64,000 nucleotides of DNA from IMG/VR virus record IMGVR_UViG_3300005732_000005, positions 32,001 to 96,000 of that record; one strand, written 5' to 3'. Within the stretch, counting starts at the first letter, position 1, and every line of letters starts with the position of its first letter. Source of the DNA: a virus. The position numbers and the translations under genes are program-made. Below, piece by piece: positions 46,373 through 55,922 of the stretch. The notes below the pieces were generated by a model. The model was not told the origin of the DNA. It saw only the letters and a list, made by a program, of their open reading frames with translations, and ran no database searches.

Positions 46373-47464
46373 TTAATTTCTTATTTCTAACTCAAAAAGT
46401 ATACATTGTTTCATATCAGGTAAATAGTTTGTTGAATCCGCATACAGTACTATTTGGATAGTGTTAGCTTGATAGTTACCAGAAGTTTTACCACAAGCCA
46501 CCCATGCTTCATCGAAGGTTAAACTGAAACCTGTAGTCCCTGTGACGTTTGGTAAAGGTCTCATATCTTCATTGTGTAGACCTATCTCCCATACAGGATT
46601 GGTAAGACCAGTTAAAAGTCCTGCACCTGAACTACCATTTAATGTCAATGCACCATTACCTTCAGTTAAGGAAACATCCCACACCTCGTTACCTGTCAAA
46701 GATCCTATGGAAACTCTACCACTACCAAAAGCTGTCAGGTTAGTTATCCCTGCACTGCCAGATGCATCTCCTAGTATAATATCTACAGTTTCATGAAATG
46801 TCTCGTTGCCTCCCTGAGAATGTATCGCAGTATACCCTGTAGCTACGTTCTGGGGGCTATCCGAGTCTAAGGCGGTAATTATAAACCTGAGACCTTCCTC
46901 TCTGTACCTATTAGTTACTGGGTATTTTATGCCTTTATTCCCCCACGCTTGTCTATACAACTCTAAAGTGGTCTTGGTGTCTGTGTGGTTCATTCTTACA
47001 GCACCATCGTAATCTGACAATTGCCTAGGTCGTTGATCATTGAAACCACTTAACATTTTCCATCTTATAGAAGCAGGTACTATCGGTGGGGTAAATCCTG
47101 CAGTACCAGCTACATCTCCTAAGGGGTCTATACCGTCATACACTAAACTGTCATTCCATCCCACAAACCCTTCATAACGTGCATTCCAAATATTACCATC
47201 TGAGTATACACCTCCTCCTGTATAACCTTGCCAGTGTCCGTCAGGGATGTTTATCCAACCATCTTTACCTGTAGGTATATAATCTGGGTCTGGGGGCGGG
47301 TACTCTTGACCAACATCAGGTAATCCTCCACTTCCACCGTCAACATTACCACCTTTACCGAAACCTGCACCTATAAGACCAGTCCCACTCCAACCATTAT
47401 GTCTAGCACCCATATTAATTTCTTGGATGATACCTGACCACCCATTATGTCTTGAATTAGGCAT
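46373..47464 (-). CDS. putative virion protein with duplicated N-terminal RHNGWSG motif
   Basis: Gly/Pro-rich N-terminus, beta-rich body; AGGAG SD. Confidence 0.65.
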   Translation of the reverse strand: MPNSRHNGWSGIIQEINMGARHNGWSGTGLIGAGFGKGGNVDGGSGGLPDVGQEYPPPDPDYIPTGKDGWINIPDGHWQGYTGGGVYSDGNIWNARYEGFVGWNDSLVYDGIDPLGDVAGTAGFTPPIVPASIRWKMLSGFNDQRPRQLSDYDGAVRMNHTDTKTTLELYRQAWGNKGIKYPVTNRYREEGLRFIITALDSDSPQNVATGYTAIHSQGGNETFHETVDIILGDASGSAGITNLTAFGSGRVSIGSLTGNEVWDVSLTEGNGALTLNGSSGAGLLTGLTNPVWEIGLHNEDMRPLPNVTGTTGFSLTFDEAWVACGKTSGNYQANTIQIVLYADSTNYLPDMKQCILFELEIRN

Positions 47465-47477
47465 AATATTCTCCTAA

Positions 47478-47858
47478 TTACTTATAAGTAGCTTCTCGGT
47501 TACCAGCTAGCGAATCTTGGTAGAAGTAGATTGAATATGTACCTGTGACACTTGTTGGAGTAACTGTTACTGAATGCACCCAGTTATTTTCGATAGTGAA
47601 TGATTGTAAATCTGCTGCTGAAAGTGTAACAGTTCGTGCTGCTCCCGCCGCATCTAGTAAGACTTCATCATTAGCTTTAGGATGATACTTCACATGAAAA
47701 GCTAATGTACCTAAATCATCTGTTGTGTTTGCGTATGCAAAAGATACTTGTGTAACAGGTGCTCTCCAATGACTAAGAACAATCTCTTGAGCACCATCTG
47801 CCTGAGTAAGTCCTTCTACTTCTGTTGTATACTTTTCCACTTCGCCTAAATTTGCCAT
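47478..47858 (-). CDS. small beta-sandwich virion protein
   Basis: Late promoter on the minus strand (47894-47902); Thr/Val-rich. Confidence 0.65.
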   Translation of the reverse strand: MANLGEVEKYTTEVEGLTQADGAQEIVLSHWRAPVTQVSFAYANTTDDLGTLAFHVKYHPKANDEVLLDAAGAARTVTLSAADLQSFTIENNWVHSVTVTPTSVTGTYSIYFYQDSLAGNREATYK

Positions 47859-48025
47859 AATTTTTATTTCCTATTGTTGTATAAACTATAGGTATTATAA
47901 CATACCTGTTGATACTTAGGAAGCTTCTGTGGTATAATAGCTTACAGTAAGAGGGGAGGTGCTTGGTGGACACAACCTTTAGATATTTACACCACTGATT
48001 ATAATCATAAAATAGGAATAAAAAT

Positions 48026-48385
48026 ATGCGTAAGTTAGAAATGGTTTCAAAGGTATACCCTGAGGTTGTAGAAGTTAAAGGTAGTGATGCAGCTATCACT
48101 CATGAGTTAGATCGTGTTGTTGATTCTCTAGAAGTAATCCCTGCTGGTATCACTCTTATTGCAGATGGTTCTGTTGTTACCGCTGCTGCAGGTGATGATA
48201 TTGTAGTGACAGGTTCTCTTGACGGTATTAACTTCTTCGGTTTAGGTGCTACACATGCTGCACCAGCTACTATGGCACTAGATGAGCCTATCCCTGTAGC
48301 AATCACTTCTGCTGTTAAATACCTTCGTTTTACTTCTGCTCAAATCCAGAATACGGAAGAGTGGAAAGCTCATATCGTACTTTAA
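48026..48385 (+). CDS. small jelly-roll (discoidin-like) virion protein
   Basis: VTGSLDGINF...KYLRFT; capsid-like codon bias; TGGTATAAT promoter. Confidence 0.65.
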   Translation: MRKLEMVSKVYPEVVEVKGSDAAITHELDRVVDSLEVIPAGITLIADGSVVTAAAGDDIVVTGSLDGINFFGLGATHAAPATMALDEPIPVAITSAVKYLRFTSAQIQNTEEWKAHIVL

Positions 48386-48398
48386 TAGTGTAAATAAT

Positions 48399-48423
48399 AA
48401 GGAGGCTTAGTGCCTCCTTTTTT
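48399..48423 (+). terminator. Rho-independent terminator
   Basis: AAGGAGGC-TTAGT-GCCTCCTT followed by a T run. Confidence 0.8.
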
Positions 48424-48437
48424 ATTGGGAGAAATTT

Positions 48438-48725
48438 ATGTCACAAGAAAACAACGATTTTCAAAAGCAAGCTTTAGGAAAAACACCTTCCGCAGCACTA
48501 GCTATCTGTGGAATAATTATAGCTCTTTCATTAAGTTTCAATATCGCCAATATAAATATTTCTGAAGGCATTAATAGGTGGTTAGCTGCAAAAGCCCTTG
48601 CCACGGAATTAGAGGTTCAGAGAGAAAACGTTCCTGTAGATAAAGAACTTTTAAAAAGAGTTGAAACTTTAGAGGAAGTGGTGGAAGATCTGAAAAAGAA
48701 CTCCCACCCTCCTGCAAGGAAATAA
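48438..48725 (+). CDS. membrane-anchored coiled-coil protein
   Basis: One TM segment then heptad repeats. Confidence 0.65.
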   Translation: MSQENNDFQKQALGKTPSAALAICGIIIALSLSFNIANINISEGINRWLAAKALATELEVQRENVPVDKELLKRVETLEEVVEDLKKNSHPPARK

Positions 48726-48726
48726 T

Positions 48727-49293
48727 ATGGCTACAGATAATACTATAAAACCTGTGGCGATTATAGATCCACAAACCAAACGGGAAGTGTACACATCTTC
48801 CTTAACAAATATGCGGGGAAGCGGTTTTTATGGCTTCCAAGATACACAATACACTGGGGCTAATAAACTCCTTGTAGCAGAAGACATCCAAACAAAACTC
48901 ACTTTCACTAGTCCAACATTTGTCAAAGATAAACGTCCTCAAATAGGAAACACTTTCTACGATATGTATGATTTCACTTCACAAACAATTATGACATATC
49001 CTGAGTTTGAAGATGGTATTTATCGTGTAAGGTTACAATTTGTTGCAGAGAATACTACAGGTGCGAGTGGGCAAGGTGTCAGGGTTAGTCTGTACAGTCC
49101 GTCACAGGGTTTTTCTTTGGATAGGAATACGATTGCACTAGTTAAGGGTGCAGGTGAGCCACAGAGGGTTAGAGAGGTCTTTACCTTCTATTCAGATTCT
49201 TTGACAGATGATGGTTTAGAAATAAGGATCACTCCTTTGAATGGAGATGTTCGTATCTATAATGCTAACCTTTTAATAACAGCTAATATGTAG
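48727..49293 (+). CDS. putative virion protein (beta-sandwich)
   Basis: 188 aa, beta-rich. Confidence 0.6.
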   Translation: MATDNTIKPVAIIDPQTKREVYTSSLTNMRGSGFYGFQDTQYTGANKLLVAEDIQTKLTFTSPTFVKDKRPQIGNTFYDMYDFTSQTIMTYPEFEDGIYRVRLQFVAENTTGASGQGVRVSLYSPSQGFSLDRNTIALVKGAGEPQRVREVFTFYSDSLTDDGLEIRITPLNGDVRIYNANLLITANM

Positions 49294-49301
49294 GAAAAAT
49301 A

Positions 49302-49661
49302 ATGGCTTTTACAAAAACATTTTCTCACACAATAGATATTGCTTCAGGAAATTATTCTACTGGGACAGATGATATTGTGATGAATATTCTCGACAAAGAA
49401 GTTTATACTTTACAATTAACAATTGTAGATGGTGGTACTGCTGTCGATCTAACCTCTCTCACAGCAGAATTCTTGGATGGGACAGTTGCCTTACCAAATG
49501 TATCTGTTACGGATGCTGCTACTGGTAGAGTGGATATTACTTTTGCAGATGTATCTGGTTATTCACAGAATGACGTTAAGAGTATTATCTTGAAGATTAC
49601 AGATGGCACTCTAGAACGTCATTACAAAGGATTTAAGATGTCTTTCTACACATTACCTTAG
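49302..49661 (+). CDS. BppU-like Ig-fold structural protein
   Basis: L.LTIVDGGTAVDLT....VTDAATGRVDITF resembles the BppU N-terminal domain. Confidence 0.55.
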   Translation: MAFTKTFSHTIDIASGNYSTGTDDIVMNILDKEVYTLQLTIVDGGTAVDLTSLTAEFLDGTVALPNVSVTDAATGRVDITFADVSGYSQNDVKSIILKITDGTLERHYKGFKMSFYTLP

Positions 49662-49678
49662 AAAGAAGATATAGCCTC

Positions 49679-49906
49679 TCAGAGTGGATTTGAGGGGCTT
49701 TCCATAAACATCTCAACAGGACTTTTCCCTCCTAGAATAGAATAATATTCTCCATCCTCCTTATATTGTGAGAAGTAGTGAAGTGCTTCATCTAATTGTT
49801 GCTTCTCTGTTCCACCATACACACTCCACAAACCAAGCTTACACTCAATACTATTTTCCTTCACAATAACACATTTCTGAAAATCCTCTAGTAATTTAAT
49901 AGTCAC
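49679..49906 (-). CDS. hypothetical protein
   Basis: GTG start with GGAGG SD. Confidence 0.6.
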   Translation of the reverse strand: MTIKLLEDFQKCVIVKENSIECKLGLWSVYGGTEKQQLDEALHYFSQYKEDGEYYSILGGKSPVEMFMESPSNPL

Positions 49907-49907
49907 T

Positions 49908-50270
49908 TCACACCTCCCAAGTTTTATCTTTCATATCAAAAATACCTTGCTCAAATAAACACACCCCTTGTCCAAGACAGTATGCTATCAAGAACGTATA
50001 GTTGTCAAGCATTTTATATTCTGAACGTTTCTCTATTGCATCCAAGAGAGTGTGATACAAAGTATAACCAATTTTCTTATAAGCTCCATATGCAAAAGTG
50101 CCACTTTCTTTTAGAGAGTGCATTGTTGTTAAGGGTTTACGTTTCTCAGACATGATTATGTAATAATGGTGCGTTAGTTCATCATCAACACACTTTGCCA
50201 GATTAAGTTGTGGAAGATGATATTCACCTTTTCCAATGATAATTTTTCCTTCGATATTTAGTTTGTACAT
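49908..50270 (-). CDS. hypothetical protein
   Basis: AGGAG SD; TTGACA box upstream. Confidence 0.6.
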   Translation of the reverse strand: MYKLNIEGKIIIGKGEYHLPQLNLAKCVDDELTHHYYIIMSEKRKPLTTMHSLKESGTFAYGAYKKIGYTLYHTLLDAIEKRSEYKMLDNYTFLIAYCLGQGVCLFEQGIFDMKDKTWEV

Positions 50271-50360
50271 GGTATACTCTCCTAAATGTTATTAATTTAG
50301 AAGTATGTTATAATAGAGTATTATATATTGTCAAGAATGATTTTTGTTGAGGAGGTGATT

Positions 50361-51614
50361 TTGAGAGGAATAGAAGATAGTTTTACAGGTACAAAGTTTG
50401 ATACTCCTAAAGGAGGTGTACTTACTGTGCTAGGTCATAATGGTTTGGCAGGGAATAAGAGGAAGTATTTCGTTGAGTGCAACATTTGTAGCAAGGATGA
50501 GGAGTTATTTCCTGATGGTTTTGTCTCCAGTAAAGGTAACCTTTTAATTGGTAGGATTCCGTGTGGCTGTGCTGTTAGTACTAAGTGGACGGAAGATCAA
50601 AGAATTGTCCAGATAAAACGGAAGTGTGAAGAGAGGGGTTACGATTTTCTAGGGTTGGCAGAAGAGTTTAAAGGTGGTCGTACTAAATTGAAGTTGTACA
50701 ATCCCAAAACAAACAATACTTGGGAAAGTTCAAATATAACAGGTTTCCTTCGAGGAAGTGGAGATCCTATTGAAGGGTTTTTGAAAACTAAGGAGGCTAG
50801 TACTTCACTTGATGAGGTACACATTGAAGAGTTTATTAAGACAGGTAAGTTCTTAGAAGGCACAACCTTCACACGTAATACAACTAAGAAGGATTCTAGA
50901 GGAAGGTATCCGTACTGGGATGTAATATGTCCTTTGTGCAGTGATGATGAATACGTGAAGAATCGTGTATGTTCTGGTATTTTTTCATGCGCGACCAGTC
51001 ACCTTAAAAGGGGTAAACTTACCTGCAGGTGCTCCAAAACTTACCGTTGGACACAAGATCAAAGAGAGTATCAAATCGGAAAAGTATGCTCGCAAGAAAA
51101 CCTTACTTTCATTGGTTGGGAGGGAGAGTATAAAAACTGTAAAAGTAAATTTAATTGGAAGTGCTCAGAAGGCCATAGGAACGTAACTTCTTTAAATGAT
51201 TTCTTAAAAGGTATCAGATGTACACAATGTTTTCAAGAATACTCGGTTATTAACGGTTATTACCCTGACCGAACGAAAGAACAAGATTACTTATATATCT
51301 ACTATTTATCTGAGGAGAATTATCTAAAGGTAGGAAGAAGCTTCAACTTAAGCCGAAGGCAAAAAGAGAACCAAATACGTATAAATAACTACAACCCACA
51401 TTCAAAAATACGTGTCCTTAAAACCTTTACAGGTACTCACAAAGATATATACGATCTTGAACAAAAAATCCTATCTGACTTGAAAAGTTTCCAAGTAAAT
51501 GGTTACGGTTCGAGTGAATTATTGTCTGTAGAAGCCTTACCTTCTATATGGAATATCATTAATAGTTGTCAGGAAGTGACTCTATACCAAAATAAACTTA
51601 TAAAAGAGGAATAA
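50361..51614 (+). CDS. free-standing homing endonuclease (CapR-like Zn domains plus C-terminal GIY-YIG/T5orf172)
   Basis: Two C..CS.DE...F......L..G...C.C repeats; YLYIY...YLKVGRSFN..RR...E..I...GSSE; probable TTG start behind GAGGAGG. Confidence 0.8.
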   Translation: MRGIEDSFTGTKFDTPKGGVLTVLGHNGLAGNKRKYFVECNICSKDEELFPDGFVSSKGNLLIGRIPCGCAVSTKWTEDQRIVQIKRKCEERGYDFLGLAEEFKGGRTKLKLYNPKTNNTWESSNITGFLRGSGDPIEGFLKTKEASTSLDEVHIEEFIKTGKFLEGTTFTRNTTKKDSRGRYPYWDVICPLCSDDEYVKNRVCSGIFSCATSHLKRGKLTCRCSKTYRWTQDQREYQIGKVCSQENLTFIGWEGEYKNCKSKFNWKCSEGHRNVTSLNDFLKGIRCTQCFQEYSVINGYYPDRTKEQDYLYIYYLSEENYLKVGRSFNLSRRQKENQIRINNYNPHSKIRVLKTFTGTHKDIYDLEQKILSDLKSFQVNGYGSSELLSVEALPSIWNIINSCQEVTLYQNKLIKEE

Positions 51615-51618
51615 AATA

Positions 51619-52170
51619 ATGGATTTTTCAAGTAAATCGGTTCCAGTTATTGCAGAGTACCTGAGGTTTTGGCTAGGTTCGGCAGGAGACTCTGTAATTT
51701 CAGATGAAACCCTGAATTATATCATTGAACTAACCCTTGCCCAAAATGAAAGTGCCTCGGGTTGTGATATAATTTTCAAATCGGCCATATCAACATTGGA
51801 ATGGTTGATTCGTAAAAGCGAACAAGGTAGTGCTGGTACTAGTGTTGGTGCGAGCGGAGAGTTGGAGAGTTTCACAGAGCAGGTGGGCGAGGTCACCATA
51901 ACCAAGAAATTTGACGTTTCTGGAACAACAACTTCGGGCAAGGAGGCTGGGTGGGATCGAATATTGTCTGATCTCCTTGCCGACCCAAACAGCATCGGGT
52001 GTGTTGTCACTCAATCTGAAGCTGTTGTTAAAGGTGTCGGGGAATGTCACTTCGGAGGAACATCCAACGAAGAATACTCACGTGTCAAGAACAACCCTGA
52101 CTCAAGAGGGGCATTCTCTTCATACTCAGCACCTTACCGACAGAATCTTGCTGGAAGAAAACTTTACTAA
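51619..52170 (+). CDS. head-tail adaptor / head completion protein
   Basis: LRFWLG...ISDE.L pattern and EQVGEVTIT; resumes the morphogenesis order. Confidence 0.6.
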   Translation: MDFSSKSVPVIAEYLRFWLGSAGDSVISDETLNYIIELTLAQNESASGCDIIFKSAISTLEWLIRKSEQGSAGTSVGASGELESFTEQVGEVTITKKFDVSGTTTSGKEAGWDRILSDLLADPNSIGCVVTQSEAVVKGVGECHFGGTSNEEYSRVKNNPDSRGAFSSYSAPYRQNLAGRKLY

Positions 52171-52171
52171 C

Positions 52172-52192
52172 AAAAAGGAGGCTTACGCCTCC
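52172..52192 (-). terminator. terminator between convergent units
   Basis: GGAGGC-TTAC-GCCTCC preceded by an A-tract on the plus strand. Confidence 0.7.
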
Positions 52193-52198
52193 CTCCCC

Positions 52199-53179
52199 TT
52201 ACCTCAAAACCTTCTTCTCAACAATTTTCCACTTCTCAGCACCACTCACACCTTGCACAAAAGAAGTAAACCCTGCCACAAAGAATCTCTGCTGCCCAAT
52301 ATAAGCCTCTGTTTCAGTGAAGTAACTATCCCTAACAAAGATGCTTATACGTTTCTGATTGTTATATGGAACTGTAAACACTTTTGCCGTCTTTGGCAAG
52401 TTCTTTTTAATCTCATTAAGATATTCTTTCAAAGAAGCAAACCCTGTGGCAGAGTTACAATTCTTATCACAACCATTCACCCAATCAAGAAACCTTACTC
52501 GATACTCATGATACCCTACCTTAACTTTCTCTCTTACAATTTGATACTGTGGCTGAGACATTGCTGCTTGTGCCTTAGCTAAGTTTTCTTCAACAACCTT
52601 TCTTTCGTGATCATTACTTGCCCATAGTTCGAACATTGGTTGACAAGTAGTTCTGATCAAATTGTCCTTTGGTAAACGTAAAAGTGTCTTTAAGGGAGAC
52701 TGATTACTTTCTACATGTGTTCTGTATGTCCTTAAGCAATGCATATTACTTTCCACAGCAAAACTAAACTCTGCAGACTCTTTCATTACAGATTGAAATC
52801 CTGCACAATTATTATCCTTATCAGCAAACACTCTTCCAACCTGAACACCTGCAGCCCAACTACCATTCCCGAAAGCATTATTCTGCACACCAGATAACCT
52901 TGCCTTAGAAGCACCTGCTGATACATAACTAAAACTCTGAGCACAACTAGCACCATCCTTACCAACACTATTTACAGGAATATTACCTATTGGACTACTG
53001 AGATACATTTGTTGCTGCATAACCGCTGTGTTGGCATTAGATATCGCTTGTGATTGATCCTGACTCCACACCTCATTCTCACTAGAAGGGTAATTTGGGC
53101 AAGTTCCATCTGAGCAAGTGTTATTTGCCAAAGTGTTTGTTGCAAAAAGTAAAGCTGTTGTTAAAATAAGTTTCTTCAT
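52199..53179 (-). CDS. secreted Cys-rich protein with SPOR-like C-terminus
   Basis: Sec signal MKKLILTTALLFATNTLA; C-terminal YRVRF...ISIFV...F.ETEA...F...GFTSFV. Confidence 0.65.
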   Translation of the reverse strand: MKKLILTTALLFATNTLANNTCSDGTCPNYPSSENEVWSQDQSQAISNANTAVMQQQMYLSSPIGNIPVNSVGKDGASCAQSFSYVSAGASKARLSGVQNNAFGNGSWAAGVQVGRVFADKDNNCAGFQSVMKESAEFSFAVESNMHCLRTYRTHVESNQSPLKTLLRLPKDNLIRTTCQPMFELWASNDHERKVVEENLAKAQAAMSQPQYQIVREKVKVGYHEYRVRFLDWVNGCDKNCNSATGFASLKEYLNEIKKNLPKTAKVFTVPYNNQKRISIFVRDSYFTETEAYIGQQRFFVAGFTSFVQGVSGAEKWKIVEKKVLR

Positions 53180-53317
53180 CAATAATCTCCTAATGTAATC
53201 AAATTTAGTTACTTTGCCTAATGTAACCATTTTCAGTTACAGCTAAATTTCAGGCAATAAAAAAGCTTGACCAGAATAATATCCGACCAAGCTTTTATTG
53301 TCAACAACTATTTTAAA

Positions 53318-53914
53318 TTAATCAAAATATGATTTAACGTTGTAAGATGTCTTATGTTCAGTAGTGACTGTTTGTAAATTAGTTTTCACTGTTTGGTTAT
53401 AAGTATTACCTTCATTGATACTGCCAATCTCTACACCAGTATCATAAATCTTACCAGAGAAACGGCTACCACCACTCACTTCTGTCACAGACTGATTATC
53501 CATCGTAGTGATATTTGTGTGAGATAAACGCTCTGAAGAGTTACCTGCCTTGAATGCTCCCAACTCGGTTGACACTTCGCAGATAGTCCCTGTTGCAGTG
53601 TTATCAATTGTTTGAGTAATATCTAGTTGTGTAGTGGATTTTTCCCAAGACTTGAAATCGCCGATCACAGAGTAATCATTACCTTTATTCACATCAGTAA
53701 CACAACCCGAACAAGGATACACTGTGATATCATAATCACCTTTGATACCCTTAAGACTTACATTTGACCAAGACTTGTCTTGACCAGTGATCTTTACATC
53801 ACCAGTTGTTCTAACAGTTTTTGTCCCTGTAGTAAAGTTGCTTGAGAAGTCTACAGCTTGTGAACTGAATGTTGTTGCTAAAAGTAATGTTGCTACTGCT
53901 AATAATTTTTTCAT
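53318..53914 (-). CDS. secreted beta-strand-rich protein
   Basis: Sec signal MKKLLAVATLLLATTFSSQA; alternating Thr/Ser strands; TGTTATAAT promoter at 53952-53960. Confidence 0.7.
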   Translation of the reverse strand: MKKLLAVATLLLATTFSSQAVDFSSNFTTGTKTVRTTGDVKITGQDKSWSNVSLKGIKGDYDITVYPCSGCVTDVNKGNDYSVIGDFKSWEKSTTQLDITQTIDNTATGTICEVSTELGAFKAGNSSERLSHTNITTMDNQSVTEVSGGSRFSGKIYDTGVEIGSINEGNTYNQTVKTNLQTVTTEHKTSYNVKSYFD

Positions 53915-53996
53915 AGAATATTTCCTCTTTGTTAATGTTTGTTTATATTTAATTATAACACTTTTGTAGTAGGTATGCTACCAACCTTTTATCTAA

Positions 53997-54512
53997 TCAC
54001 TCCTTCAAACTACCCTCCTTTGTTCTGATTAAGTATATTTCACTCTCATCACAATTACGTTCATAATGATACCAAGATCCAGGACGGTGTTTTCTGCAAC
54101 TCAATCTTAAGAAAGTTGTTCCGTTAAAAAGAGTGGATTCTACATCTAACACATCTACAACGTTACCCTCGTCCATATAAAAATCCGCATCCCCACTAAC
54201 AACAATTTCCACCTCATCACCAACCTTAATCCCTAAATCCTTCCAATTTTCCAGAGTGATACGTACTCTGTTAGAGCTTACCTTATTGGTAGGTGTTTCT
54301 AGCTTCTCAGTGATACTCTGAGGGACTTTCTCTACCAAGCAAGGTGAATACTCCTCGGGAGATAACATACGCTCCAAAGCTTTCTCATGAGCCGATAGAA
54401 TACCTTTTGCAAAGTGTAATTGTTTCTCAAGGGTTTTAATCTTAAGATTAATCTCTTCTACAGCAAGTTTATCGTTGTAAATAGTTTCTTGTAAATTTGT
54501 AATTTGTTTCAT
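53997..54512 (-). CDS. hypothetical protein (coiled coil plus SH3-like domain)
   Basis: Start moved to ATG 54512 (GAGG SD); LGIKVGDEVEIV. Confidence 0.6.
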   Translation of the reverse strand: MKQITNLQETIYNDKLAVEEINLKIKTLEKQLHFAKGILSAHEKALERMLSPEEYSPCLVEKVPQSITEKLETPTNKVSSNRVRITLENWKDLGIKVGDEVEIVVSGDADFYMDEGNVVDVLDVESTLFNGTTFLRLSCRKHRPGSWYHYERNCDESEIYLIRTKEGSLKE

Positions 54513-54701
54513 AATTATAACCTCTCTAAGATTGAAACCGCTATTAAAATTAAAACTGGAGTAAATAACGCACCCATACAAAAACCTTTCCAAAAATCAT
54601 CCTTATCTAGCGAATTCACTTCCCTGCAGTGTAGTGCTTTTGGTGGAACTAATCTACTCTTACCATTACTACCTGAAAATTCTGACATCACTCTTTCTCC
54701 T

Positions 54702-54893
54702 CTAGCTAAAAACCACTTCCCACAATACCACTATCATTGCAAACAAGCAACCTATTTTTGCACCTAATGTGAAACTTTGCACAACACGTTTCTTCACCCT
54801 AGGAACTCTTTTCATAATGGCTTTGCTTGAGAGTAATGTCAATGCTACCAAATAACAAATTGTTGCATAAATTATTATTGGAATAGCTGTCAC
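54702..54893 (-). CDS. small membrane protein
   Basis: Two TM segments; GTGA coupling. Confidence 0.6.
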   Translation of the reverse strand: MTAIPIIIYATICYLVALTLLSSKAIMKRVPRVKKRVVQSFTLGAKIGCLFAMIVVLWEVVFS

Positions 54894-55300
54894 TTTGTTT
54901 TCTCCTCAAACTTTTTCTTTAAACGTAGATATTCCTTCTTCTCGAAATATTCTTTTGGTAGAGTGCAAGTGTATTTCTGAGTACCTGCTTGTCGAGAACA
55001 ATTCCTCCGAAAGAACTTATCTATTGTATCAAAATAGCCACCTGAGTCAATACCTTTTTCAGGGATATGTTTCACTAAGATTCCATGATCACGGCAATCT
55101 ACTTCTGTCATATATGCTTGGTGACCTGACAATACTCTATAATAACATTTACCAGAGACCTTTCCTTGGTATAATTTACTACTCCCTCCCCAAACACCTC
55201 TGTTAATATCTTTAATCTCTACGTAACCCTCTGGCAGAGCATAACTCATACTAGGTAATCCAACCATACCTACCAACAATAAAACCTTCTTAAAACTCAT
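54890..55300 (-). CDS. secreted hypothetical protein
   Basis: Signal peptide MSFKKVLLLVGMVGLPSMSYA; AGGAGG SD. Confidence 0.6.
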   Translation of the reverse strand: MSFKKVLLLVGMVGLPSMSYALPEGYVEIKDINRGVWGGSSKLYQGKVSGKCYYRVLSGHQAYMTEVDCRDHGILVKHIPEKGIDSGGYFDTIDKFFRRNCSRQAGTQKYTCTLPKEYFEKKEYLRLKKKFEEKTK

Positions 55301-55404
55301 TCTACGTCCTCCTAAAATCAATTTCACAAACAAGAAAGCCCTCTCACCAAGACTCCCTCTTCAATAAGGAAATATTAGCAAAAGGGCTTATGTTGTGTCA
55401 AGAG

Positions 55405-55644
55405 TTATTTTTGTAAATCCACCAATTTAATTTCAATAAGGCCACATTTATAACGAGACTGTCCTTCCCACCACTCATCCACTTCGTCGTCAGTTTTCCA
55501 ACCCAAAATCTCATAAGTGTGGTTACTTAGAAACAATTCAATACTATCCGTTTTACAATAATGAGCTGTCTCAATAATAACACCTGAACCTAAAGTGTCA
55601 TGTACAACCCAAAATTTAGGTGAAAGTTTTTGTTGTTTGTTCAT
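55405..55644 (-). CDS. hypothetical protein
   Basis: AGGAG SD before ATG 55644. Confidence 0.6.
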   Translation of the reverse strand: MNKQQKLSPKFWVVHDTLGSGVIIETAHYCKTDSIELFLSNHTYEILGWKTDDEVDEWWEGQSRYKCGLIEIKLVDLQK

Positions 55645-55655
55645 TATCTTCTCCT

Positions 55656-55922
55656 TTATATAAAATTTAAACATCCATATAAATAAGCTTTTATAGACTT
55701 ATCGCAATTAGCTCCGTTAATAACTTGATATTCTCCGTCACCTAAATCGAAATACAATTGCGAACCTGTACTCAACGATGACATAAAACCTGCCTTTTGG
55801 TAAACTTTAAAATCTGCAAACCATTTTGGTTCGTCATAATGAGAGTTAATCTCGTTTAATAGGTCAGCGATCTCTTCATCAGGGTGTTGTGGTTTGTAAG
55901 GTAAAAATGTTGTTGATGGCAT
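55656..55922 (-). CDS. hypothetical protein
   Basis: TAATG coupling; GAGGAG SD. Confidence 0.6.
   Translation of the reverse strand: MPSTTFLPYKPQHPDEEIADLLNEINSHYDEPKWFADFKVYQKAGFMSSLSTGSQLYFDLGDGEYQVINGANCDKSIKAYLYGCLNFI

Noticed and set aside
51911-52582. 223-aa plus-strand ORF
   Set aside because: It overlaps two better-supported genes and crosses a terminator; composition is atypical.
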